64,000 bases of DNA from Basidiobolus meristosporus CBS 931.73 (lineage: Eukaryota; Fungi; Basidiobolomycota), in NCBI GenBank assembly GCA_002104905.1, contig MCFE01000306.1, positions 1-64,000 on the forward strand. Direction: 5' to 3'. The translations under genes and the position numbers were made by a program. Shown here piece by piece: positions 47,966 through 59,774 of the stretch. Position 1 is the first letter of the stretch. Every line of letters starts with the position of its first letter. The notes under the pieces were generated by a model. That model searched no databases. It was given only the letters and a program-made list of their open reading frames with translations, and was not told the DNA's origin.

Positions 47966-49379
47966 AAGCAATACATGTGATACAAAGCCAACATTTTGCA
48001 GTGGCACAGATCGGACATAGGCGCAGCACCTGTGAAAGTTTCACGTGATATGATTGGTTGGTTCAAAAGTTACACGCAATCAAAGTCACCATAGTAATCC
48101 TAGCAATAAGGCATAGTATATATAATAATTGGACTCTTTTGGTCATAACTCCTTAAGTACTGCTTCAAATGTGCTGTAATTTGAAACATGTGTTGGCTAC
48201 TATGTGTTCTGTATGACATAATATTCTTGGGTGGATTGCTTGTCAGGGTCTGGAGCATTTGTTCTTCAAAGTTGGAAATTCTTGATCTTTCACTTGTGTG
48301 TTACAATAGCAAAAAGCAAAATAAAGAAATGAGTGCAACATTGGTTTAGAGATATTGTAGTAATGGAATACTTTCCATTACCACAGAAGTAGTATAGGTG
48401 TGCAAAGTGAGTCACTACCAAATGCCTCAGTAGTAATCTCTGTGAGAAAAAAACCCAGAAGAAGATGATGCAATCACTTTGAATTGCTATTATGTAATGA
48501 TCCCAACAACCCATTTTTTTTGCAATCCAAATCAAGCCATTGCAAATCAGTGATCATCAAATTTTTGATATAAGTAATATCAAGGTTGTCTCACACTTGA
48601 GACAGAACCCCTACAAATAAACACCCTGCATATATATACATCATCTGTAATACCAGTACAGCTATTGGATCTGTTTTGCACCTACCCAATTGCTTGCATG
48701 CTAGCTATGACATCTTGTCCAATCACTAGAATCAGGGATTTACCTGCTCAATTGGCAAAATGGGATATTTGATGGCAAATCAGGTAGCTTATTTAGTAGT
48801 CAATGAGCCAATTGGGGGATGCCAGCTTCAGGATACTTTTGGACTAATTAACCACTAAGATACTGTCCAATGGGAGTGATGGTAACCAATATGGTAAGTA
48901 TCAGTGTAGTTTATAGTGTGATACACATATATTTCCATTTACATTAAAGAAGCATATCCAAATACCGGATTTTACCTGCCATAATAGCGGTATCCAATTG
49001 TGCACATGATGCAAACATTACAAGTTGGCGCAATCATCCGTGCCAACCTCATTGTGTCAGATTGTGCCATAGTGTGCAAGATTGTCCCACATAGTGCAAA
49101 ATCATCCAAGAACAATCCTGCCCACTGGTAGCTATAATAATGCACCTGATTGTTCTTTACAACCGTGGATTGCACCGCGCGCCCTGGCATTGTACAATGC
49201 AACAAGTCTAAGATACATGTTGGTCTACTTCATGGAGGGAAAGGAAGAAGCTCCATCTAAGATCATGGAGTCTGAAGCCATGGAGGGGAGCAAAACTGGT
49301 GAAAAAATCCAGAAAATACGCTCAGATAATCCCAATGAAAAATCTCAAACTTGAAATTCCTCTGATTTTCAGCCAGTAC

Positions 49380-49466
49380 TCTGCTGGTATTCTAATGGTA
49401 TTCAGCTGGTATTCAGCCGGTGTTTTTTGTTCAAATATCCAGTTGCAATTTTTGATGGAAGTAGTG
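49380..49466 (-). mobile_element. Possible CACTA element terminus
   Basis: GGAAGTAGTG at 49457-49466 reads CACTACTTCC on the minus strand, preceded by three GGTATTC repeats. No matching opposite terminus found. Confidence 0.35.
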
Positions 49467-49696
49467 GGCAGCTAATAACCGTATTTGGTATGAATCCTGG
49501 TTGGCCTGGTCTCCTCTTGGAAAACATGTCTGCTTGTCTGCCCAACTGCTAGTACATGAGATAATGCTAGTTGTCAGATTTGAGAAACCTGGAATTCAGC
49601 TGATTTTATGATAGTATTCTGCCGGCCTTTTCTTTATTTTTTTCTTAGGGAATGGTGGAGAATATACCTCAAAACTCTTCATCCATTTCTGTAAAA

Positions 49697-49975
49697 TTAA
49701 TGGGATACAGCAAGAGACTACTGTACCATACTCCCTACCACAAAATGAAGTAGCAGAACATGCACACAGATCAATAATATATATGGCAAGATCTATTATC
49801 CATCATCAAAAATTATCCTTTGATTTTTGGGGGGAATCAGTTGCTACAGCTGTATGCCTTAAAAATAGGAATTATAACTGAATACATTGTGATTCTACTC
49901 CATTTGAACCATGGTATGGACACAGACCAAGTGCAGTGCATCTAAGAATAATTGGGTGCATAGCATATGCCAAGA
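49697..49975 (+). mobile_element. Ty1/copia integrase core fragment
   Basis: NGIQQETTVPYSLPQNEVAEHAHRSII.MARS...FWGESVATAVCLKNR...TPFE.WYG.RP...HLRIIGC; homologous to 62156-62380 (minus). Confidence 0.75.
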
Positions 49976-50334
49976 ACACTATGAAAAATTATAAGGATGA
50001 ACATGTCAAAAGGCCATTACAAAGTTAAAGTCCCATTACTAAGAGGTACTAATCCCCTCAGGACACCATCCAGTGACCATTTAAAAATAATTGCACCCCA
50101 GATTTCACAAAAACTTGGTCAAAATTTTTCACCACAACACTGTATAAGTTGCTTTTGATTGGTTCCCTGCCAATTTGCTCACTTTCTTATCCTGGACACT
50201 TTATTGCCTCCTACATTTATGTGCATTGATTGGCTATTGTCACTTTTTCACACTCCTTACTTCCTGACTCAGCCATTTCTCTTACTTTTCATGCGTACCA
50301 ATTGATTTATTTCCATTGAAACTTCTGTTGTACC

Positions 50335-52374
50335 TCAGTTGCCAATTGTATTGGCATAAAAGTCCCAATACCCTATACTAACATTAAGCCCAGCTCCACA
50401 CTCAACAAGTAACTCCATTAAAATCCACCACTCAATAAGTATTTCTGCTATAATGCACTGGTTCCACAACTTTGGCAGGAACCCAACTGCTTTATGCCAT
50501 TGTTCATTCACTGCTTCCCACATGCCCTGGTCTTCAGCTGGCATTGCTAGGTCCAGCACCTCATCTGCCAGTCTTTGCAATAAAACCTTGCAATATTTCA
50601 GTGTGTTTTCTTGAGCTCTGCTCTTGAAGAAGTACTGCAACCTCTTCATGTGCCTATTAGTATTCCAAAGTTCCACTGAAGGCATTGTGATAGTCTTTCA
50701 AGCTCTTGAAATTGTATCCTTGTCTGTCAGTGGGATATCCGCTCTGTCAGTAATGGAGGATGTGGATGCTGTGGTAGACAAATTGCCTTTTTCAGCAAAC
50801 TCATCTACCTTGCTGGGGTATAGCTCAACTGGCTGCGCTTCTAACAATTGTGAAAACAACTGTTTTCTTGTTGGTAATTCTTCTTGGCTATGATGAGATT
50901 CAGTCTGTTCCAGGATTGCGGTGCTAATTGGTGAGAGCTGCAGTTTCTTTTAGATGCCTCCCTGTCTCAGGCTTGGTTAGACATTTTTCCCTTTACCTTT
51001 TCCTTTATCACTGCCAGGTCTTTCACTGCTAATTTGCCTGAGTGCTGCTTGTAAAGAACTACATTTTCTTCTTGATCAGTTATGCTCTGACGCATCTTTT
51101 TTGTCCTGCTTGTCCCTTGCTGGCACTCCTCCGGCCACCTGATGTTTCTTTTCTGCTTATTTTATTCTCTCAACTGTGGTTGTGACAGGCTCCTGTAAAT
51201 GTGGCTGTTTTTTATCACTGCCAGGTCCTTCACTACCACTTGTACTGGGTGCATCTTGAGTGGTACTACACTTTTTCCTTGATAAATGTAGTGCTGGTGC
51301 ATCCATGTCTGCCTGCTTGTCCCTAATTGGCACTCTTCCAGCTACCTGGCATCTCTATGATGTTTGTCTGGAGCTTTCATCCCTGCTTGTAACAGGCTCT
51401 TGAGGAAGCCGCTGGCTTTTAGCCATGGCACCCTTGTTCTTGTCCCTTTGATAGTTTCTGCTACTCTTAAGATACTTTCTTAGCATATCAATACTGGCCC
51501 AAAATCCATTTGCCCATTTGAATTCTGGATAATGCTCATGGAACAAGTCAAGTGCATTCTGCTTGGCCTTGAGTTCCTAATGGTCCCATGGTATGCAGGC
51601 TTTAAGGTGATGGTGTGCTAGACTTCTGAAAGCCTCATGAATGTTAGCCCACTCTTGATTATTGCACTCAATGGCTTCACAGATCTTCAATGTCTTTTGA
51701 TTTCTAGGCTTTGGTAAAAACACCACAATGTCTCCCTCCCATGCTGTGATAGGTTTTTCTGTGGGCTTTATCTTTGGGCACTGTTGTTGTACTTCAAAGA
51801 CTGTATGGTGTTCCTCTGCTGTTACATCAGGAAATGGCTCAATTCTTGGCTGTGACATTGAGCTACTTGAGTTCCTTCTTTGCAGCATATATACTGCTTT
51901 CTCTACCTGGAATATTGATTGATCTATATGTATTATCCACTCATCCTGCTTCTAGAATATTTCCTGATTTCTCTGGGCCATTTCATCTATCCTATTGGCC
52001 ACTGCACCTAATTGCTTCATTAATGCTTCAGTACAAGCTGACAACATACTTGCTAATATGGGTGGTGGTGATGCTATGATGGCCACTTGCTGGTCTTCAA
52101 CTGAGGGTACTGCGTTTGCTACATTCTCATCTGCCTGAGCATAACAGTCAGCTTGTGGCTCCACAGAGGTTCTCAACTGCTTACTTGACTGAGAGCCTGA
52201 GGAGCCCACATTATTGCCTCCAATGGGCACACTGTCCACAGGGCCTTTTTTGGATGTAGCCCTGCTTGTTGCACTGAATGTCAAAGCAAGCTGTTGTCCA
52301 ATTGTTCTTTTGCTACTGTCAGTGGTGGGGTTTGGTTGGAAACCAGACAACTTTGCTTTATTTCTTGGCAGCAT
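50335..52374 (-). pseudogene. Decayed TE-associated ORF of unknown function with an internal ~207-bp tandem duplication
   Basis: ORFs 52374-51952, 51888-51577 and 51546-51355 are in one frame separated by single stops. CpG-depleted. Direct repeat 51004-51148 / 51211-51356. The distal part recurs at 28.5 kb. Confidence 0.5.
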
Positions 52375-53429
52375 ATATACTAAAGTAAGTCAAAACAAAG
52401 GGGAAATAGTGTTACATATATGTGTGTATGTGGTGCCACAACTTTACTTATAAAGCTTACTATGGTGGGTCATCATTAAATCCTACATTCATGTGGGTGC
52501 AATAGACTTGCTCCATTGGATAGTGCCACATTGAGCCATGACTACCAAATGATGCCATAGTGTGCCAGGGAGGCCAAGTGAGCCTATACTTGGCCATAGA
52601 GTGTGAAACATAGATCTGCATCTTCATGCAAAGCAGCCCCTTTGTTTCACCAAAGATGCAGGAGAAAATCCATTTTTTGACATTTTTTTGTGGATCTATA
52701 TTGTGCAGGATGTGTAAGAGCACTAAAGGATTGAAGATATACATCTGATACTCAATACCCATGGCACTCTGAATCTAGCTCCTGTGGCTTGTAACATGTC
52801 ACAAAAATGCATGGCACTATATTGGCCCACTGGTACTATCTGGCACTATATGTGCTTTGTATTGATCTTACTTTAGTGCTAATATTTAAATATAGTGCCG
52901 GATATGTTAAGTTCATGTGAGTATTGACCAAAAAGTGATATAATAATGTTACATTGTTGAAGGTCAAACTGCTTGCTCCATGGACAAGACTACTTTGACC
53001 CAATGCTGTAAGAGAAGAGAAAAAAGACCATGTGGCTATTGTGGCAAGCCTCTCAGCCATGAAGCATGCAGACAGCATATGAAGTATTACAAGGATCATG
53101 GCTAGTGTTTTGCCACACAAGTCATATTTGACCATTAATTGTTCACTACTGTACCAAGATTATCTTGCCAGCCTGTTGATACTTCTATATTGGTACCTGG
53201 CTGTCTTTGTCACCTTGTGCAAACTGAGTAAGGTGAGTTTGTGATGCCTTTAGGCTCACCTCAGCCTTCCAAATATGGCATGCAGAGTGATAGCTCTGGC
53301 AAAGAAGGTTCACTGATGGATTGTGAGCCTATCTCCCCTTACAACAGTGCCACACATGAGCCCAGTCAAATACCTATATGCAATGAGACTACACCCATTG
53401 AAACAAATGCCAATGATGCTTTATAGAGC

Positions 53430-55600
53430 CAAGTGAGCTCAGTAATCCATCTACTGGTGAATGATGTAATGCTGTGGCTATGGATGTGGTGTGTTTCCAC
53501 CAATATCAGTAATGGAGGCTTTGGGGATATATTACTACTTCTTGCTAAAATCTTACCAGGATGCAACTTACCATGTACATGGTACAAGTGGACAACTGTC
53601 ATGCGGCTGGCAACATATGATCCAGCAACTGTCCTGATTCCAGCATGTGTCAATAGTTGCATGGCATCCCCATCCAAAAATGGTACCATTGCAACATGTC
53701 CAAGTTGTCAAGAATCCACCACCATTGAGGGAAAACATTACTCACACTCCACATATATTCTGGTCATACCATATCTGAGGAAGCTGATGCAGTCCAACAA
53801 ATAATGCAAAGCTATACAGTATTTAATGGCAAACATTACAATCAGCTAAGAAGCAAGGGCAACTTTGAGGGTATGTATGATCATGCCTTTGCCTCAGCAC
53901 TTAACGGATTGTCATTAAGCAAGTACTCTACCAGCAAATCCTGCAGGCCACTGATTCTCATCATTTTGAATCTGCAGCCCATTTATGGTATTAAGGCCAT
54001 AATCTGATAGTAGTCTCACTGGTATCTGGGCCTAAATCACCATCCAACCTGGATAGCTACCTGTGTCCATTGCTGGATGAATTTTGTAGGCTTTCCAGAA
54101 GGATAACAGTAAATGGCTGTCATGTAAAAGCACATACTATTATATGCATTGGAGACACCCCAGCCATCAGCAAGATAGCAGGTTTATTTGAGCACAATGG
54201 ACAGAGTTGCTGTCAAGTTTGTGAGATCCAGGAAGTTTACTCCATAACTCACACACATTATTATTACCATAACACTAACACTAAAAACATCTTCTTTCCA
54301 CAGAGAGATTGTACAGAAGTCAGCATGCAATTGCAGCAAAGTCGGCAAGCTATAAGCCATTAGCTAAAGTATAGGATCAATTGAGAACCAGGGATACCTA
54401 AGATAGAGGGTATCAGTCGGAGCAAAAGCTTTCCACTGGGAGCAACTCATTTGCTATTCATCAATATCCCTATACTGATGACCAAGTTGTGCATGGGGCA
54501 TTTCAAGCTAAATGAGCCCTTCAATATACCAGAGAAATTTGAAAGAATTGGAAAGATATTACAGAGTATCCACAACCTTAAGTACTTCTCATGGGCCCCA
54601 ATTAATATTCATATGCATATTTAACAATACAAGAGCAAAGACTGGATGAACTAGATATTTATTTTTTTGAGTAGTGTTCTGAAGCCTTTCCTACCAAGAG
54701 TACATTGGAAGCATTAGGAGTCATATGTGGACATTGTAGGAATATTTATCCAGAAGTGGATCAACAATGCCAACTTGTTGCATCTACAGCTGTCATGCAA
54801 GGAGTTTGTGACAGGATTTGAGCAGCTGTACTACAAACAAAAAGCTGAACATGTAGATCTCTGCTACAACTGTATCCATTCTCTGCTCCATCTTGTATGA
54901 TGTGTGGAGAATATTGGGCCTTGCTTCATCTGTTGTGAGCTTAGTATGGCACAGATGTGCAGGGAAATAGGAAGAAAAGTCAAAATGCAGGTACTACCAT
55001 ATCCCAATCTCATCAAGAATATTACCTTCAAGTCTGCCCTGGATGTGATGAGCTGGCACATGAAGACACCCATGCCTATGGCATTAAGAAGCTTAACAGC
55101 CCCAATGCGTGGGTAATCAGTTAAGTAATGCAAAGTTGGGCTGGGTGCAACTAGAAACTAATTTCTATTGGGAAATTTCTACCAAGGTATGCCTGATTTC
55201 TCTTGGTCACAAGACAACTTCTACACCATTCAATACAGTATTCACACAAACAAAAGCCAGAGTAAACTTATAAGGGGAACTAGAATCCAGAGGGGAGAAG
55301 GAATATATTGGCTAAATATCAAGAAGTTCTTGGCAGATATTCAGGAGGTGTTCATGGCAGAATTGGCAACAACCAAGCTTATGTTTGCAAGATGCATTTG
55401 TTGCCAGTAGTACAAGGTATATGGCAACTTTGCAAGTAGCACACTAAAAAGCCGTAGAGTTAGGTAATAGAAGTCTGTAAATTGTGGCAGGTGTGCCCAT
55501 TTGTAGAGGTCAGTAAGCAGGAGGCCATAGTTTTTTTGATTTGAACTATATGTGGAATACCCAAGGTAGTAGTGAGTAAGCAAATAAAGAGGGGTGATTC
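53430..55600 (+). pseudogene. CACTA/En-Spm (Tnp2/Transposase_21-like) transposase relic, copy A
   Basis: ACVNSCMA......TCPSCQES; ILNLQP; LDEFCRL...VKAHTIICIGDTPAISKIAGLFEHNGQSCCQVC; VENIGP.FICCELSMAQMCREIG. Confidence 0.75.
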
Positions 55601-57559
55601 TACAGCGGAATATATAAATTCCACAAGGGGAGGTAGAAAAGGAAGTACAATTTGGTAAATTGATATGGTAGCATCATACAGAACCAGCTGTAGGCCATCA
55701 TACTGCCAATATAGTGCCATCAGAGTCTTACTGTGAGGCTGTCAAATACCGTCAAGCTTCTTGCCATATAAGGCAATTGGATGTCCTGGCTGGCTGGTCC
55801 CACTTAAAATAGTTGTAGAGTGCTAAAAGATTGCAATAGAACCATGCAATTATTGTCACAGCACCAATTAAATCTTGTCAAGTTTTATCCCTTTATTTGG
55901 CTGTAATATTAGCAAAACACCATCATGATCCTGTAATAAGATTGTTAAGAAGGTCACTAATTCCAAGCTGCTGGTATTACAATGGTCTCTAAATGGGATC
56001 CTGATGGCTGAACTAAATTGGATCCACCTGCAGGACCAAATTATTTTTCATAGGGATTCTCCAGGGCTTCTTTGATAATTCCAATTTCATCTTGGTAACC
56101 AGAAATAACTTCAAGGAGTTCATCTCTACAATGGTTGTCAGATCTTATCTGGGCAAGGTCTGAGTGTTCAAGCATCAAGGTGTTTCTTTCATGAATGATG
56201 TTTTCAAGCTGAACTGTAAGCTTTAGCAGATATCTTTGAGCTTCTTCCAACATAGAAAGATTTGAATTGCTTGCAGCTGAGGATATCTTGTAAATGGTTG
56301 AATGTAATGAAATTCAACACTAGAAATAGAGTATCCAAGAGAAAAGTGTAATTAAATTCCTGGATTGTTTGACTGAACCTCAGTGACAACTAAGTGCAGA
56401 ATCATAGAATTGTCACAGAGTGATGGAAATATATGCAGAGAATTTCTGGCCTAATATTGGTCTTGTATACAGCTGGGTTTGGCAATAAAGGCAAAGGAGT
56501 TAGTTTGCTATGCAAGGTAGGCTCAGTGCTCTTGGGAGTGCTAGATATGCTAGGCTGGAGTGGAAACCAGAATGGAATTGTTGAATTCTTATTTTTGCTA
56601 AGACATAATCTTGAATGCATCAAGACACACCCTAAGCCAAAAGGTTCAGTGAACTTTATTTATACATATCTGATCAAGTCCTATAGTAAGTGCCAAGACA
56701 CTGGACTAATTGAACTCTGTTGGGGTGCTCATAGGTGCATAAGACAAATGAGAAATTGTATCATTATTCAGCTGATGTCTTAGCAACTGCTAAGTGTTGG
56801 GATAGATCTCAGATGACTGATCACTTGAAAAGACTTATCAGATCAGTTGAGGTTATAATAACCATATGAAAGCTGATCAGGTGTGACAGCTAAAAATAGA
56901 TTCTGAGCAGTGATAAATAAACCAGAATTGGGATTAATTATATATGCATTACAAATAATCAGTTAGGAAACAGAATTCCTAACAGAGTAAAATAAGCCAA
57001 GTTTTAAGTGTTATTGCACAACAATATGTTTCTTCTCTCTACTGGATTTGAGGCCCTCTTATAAGCGTGCTTTGGTTCTTGTTTGAATGAATCCCCCAAT
57101 GAATAGTGTAGAAACTGGCCTTTAACCAGGAGAAGCCCAATATATTTTGTTAAAGTTACCCTAATAAAAATTGATGGCTTGTTGAAACCAGCCTGACCTT
57201 GCATCACATAACTGGTTAGCAACACATTGGGGCTGCTTGACTTACAGATGTCAAGGACATTAGTGTCTCCATGTGCACATCTGCCCTCTGTATTTGCCAA
57301 CACTTACTGGCTGTCCTTCATGTGTCTACTCATCATATCCATCACTAGATCACTATAAAATAAATTCTGTCTTGCAGGTGGATCCAATCCAGATTAGCCA
57401 TCTGGATCCTGCAAAGAGTCCATCATAATGCTCCCAACCTGAAAATATTGACCCTCCACATAATCTTATGACAGGATTGTGACAGCATTTTATTGAGTGT
57501 ACTGCTAAATAAAGTTCAAAATATGACAGTGCTTAAGCAGTCTTTAGAGAAGATTTGAA

Positions 57560-58970
57560 GGGCATTTTGATGGTCTTAATGCCCTCTGAATTTACCTGCG
57601 CATTCCTAACCAGCCAACACATCCTATGCCTTATATGGCAAGAAAGCTGACTGTTCTGATGGCCTCATTGCAAACCTCCACTGGCATTATAATGACAATA
57701 TGGTGGCCTACTCTAGTTCTGTATAATACCACTGTACCAATATATTTTTTTGCTCTGCTGGATTATGTTCCCCATTATAGGTGTGCTGTGGCTCTTGAGG
57801 CTGCTTGGCTTCTCAGTGCCAAAGGCATAGGTGTCTCCACATGCATTTCTGTCCTCCATATCTTCAAACTCTTCCTGGCTGTTGTCCATATGATGACTCA
57901 TCACATCCATGACAGACTTTAAGGTAATATTCTTAATGAGATTGGGATATGGTAGCATGTGCAACTTGACATGTCTTCCTATTGACACAGTGATAGCAGA
58001 GATCTACATATTTGGCCTCATACTTTTAGTATAGCTGCTCAAATCTCTTTACAAACTCCTTGCATAAAAGCTACAGATGCATCAAGTTGGCATTGGTGAT
58101 ATACCTCTGGACAAATATTCCCACAATGCCAACTTATAACTCCCAATGCTTCCAGTGTACTCTTGGTAGAAATGGCTTATGAAGGCCACTTGAAAAAGTA
58201 TATGTCCAGTCTGGAGACTGTGTGAAGTACTTTGGGTAGCAGATGATCTGTAATAGCTTGCCAATTCTTTCAAATTTCTCTGATATCTCAAAGAGCTCAT
58301 TCAGCTTGAAATACCCCATATACAACTTGGTCATTGATACAGCAATATTTTTGAAAAGCAAATGCATTGCTCCAAGGGCAAAGCTTTACATATAGATCAA
58401 TACAATGGCCAATTGAGGTACAACTAAAGTTTGAATAGAAACAAGTCTACTTATAGACACAAAAAGTAAGAAGATTGGTTTTACCTGGAAGTAAGTAGCT
58501 TGAACAAGAGAAAATAGCCAATCATAGTATACAAATGCTGGAGGTGATTGAGTGTTCAGGATCAAAGAGTGAGAAGATTAGCAGAAGACCAATCAAAAAC
58601 CACTTATGCATCAGACTTATTTGGTTGTACTGTGCCAGGGCATGCAGCGCAATCCATGGTTGTTAAAAACAATCAAGTGCAATGATGTAGCTACCAGTAG
58701 GCAGAATTGTTGTTTGACATTTTTGCACTATGTGGGACAATCCTCCATACTATGGTACAATCTGATACAAAGAAGTTACAACAAATGATTGTGCCAACTT
58801 GTAGTATTTGCATTGCATGCACACTTGGATACCACAATCATGGTAGGTAAAATCTTGTCCTTGAATAAGTTGCTTTGATGTGAATGGAAATAAATGCATA
58901 TCACAAAATAGACTACACTGATACTTACTAGTTTAGCTACCATCACCCCACTTGGATGGAATGTCAATCA
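57560..58970 (-). pseudogene. CACTA-type transposase relic, copy B, inverted relative to copy A
   Basis: IGRHVKLHMLPYPNLIKNITLKSVMDVMSHHM (57713-57988, minus) matches IGRKVKMQVLPYPNLIKNITFKSALDVMSWHM (54904-55116, plus). EKFERIGKLLQ matches the GAGAAATTTGAAAGAATTGG segment near 54530. Confidence 0.75.
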
Positions 58971-59134
58971 TGGTTGGTCTAAAAGTAACCTGAATCTGTG
59001 AGCCCCCAGTTGGTTCATTGACCAATGCACAAGCTCAAGACCCTGACAGGCAATCCACCCAAGAATATTATGTTGTGTAGAACACTCAATAGACAACACA
59101 TGTTTTAAGTCACAGCTCATTTGAAGCAGCACTT

Positions 59135-59770
59135 ATGCAGTTATATCAAGAACTTTGATCCTTCAGAATTTTCATACATATGACTTCCCCAGCTGAAGAA
59201 TAAAGGAGAGTCTTTCTTTCCAGAATCCCCACGCTACAATTACAAGCTTCAAGGTTATAAGCCCTCCCCTGCATCACTTGCACTGTGATGTATTCTGACT
59301 TTGATTGGTACTACATCAGCAAAGAGACTGCAAAGCTCAAAAGAATCCAATCTAAGTTTTACAGGAAAATTACAATTTTCTGCCAGAAAAGTCCCCTCTA
59401 AGAAAACTCTTTACTCAAAAGACACCCCTTTAGACATCCCTTCAGTAAACCCCTTTACTCCAAAGAAGCCCCTTTTTGGGTTAAACCAAGTTCCAAATTT
59501 CCATATTGGCAAATACTTTCTCCAAAGGAAGTTACTTCCAGATAAGGAAAAGCTACTATCAGAGTAAATAAGCTCAATAGTAAACAGAAGGTCAGAACAC
59601 TGCTGTAGAAGTGAGAAACACTGCCTATAGTATATTTTGAGTATGAGATTGGGGATATTAGTGAACATTTCATCTTCTATCAGTACATCAAGCTCCAAAT
59701 TAGCTATTTCAGTATTTGAATACTGCAAGTTGTTGTATATTATTGATTAGCCTCTACATTGTAGAGCAAA
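59135..59770 (-). repeat. Right arm of the inverted repeat (partner 47353-47965)
   Basis: See left arm. Carries the perfect palindrome CTCTACA-T-TGTAGAG at 59752-59766. Confidence 0.8.
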
Positions 59771-59774
59771 TGGA

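Noticed and set aside
48540-48900. Possible retropepsin/Gypsy-like remnant on the minus strand
   Set aside because: Too degraded, and no catalytic D(S/T)G motif found.
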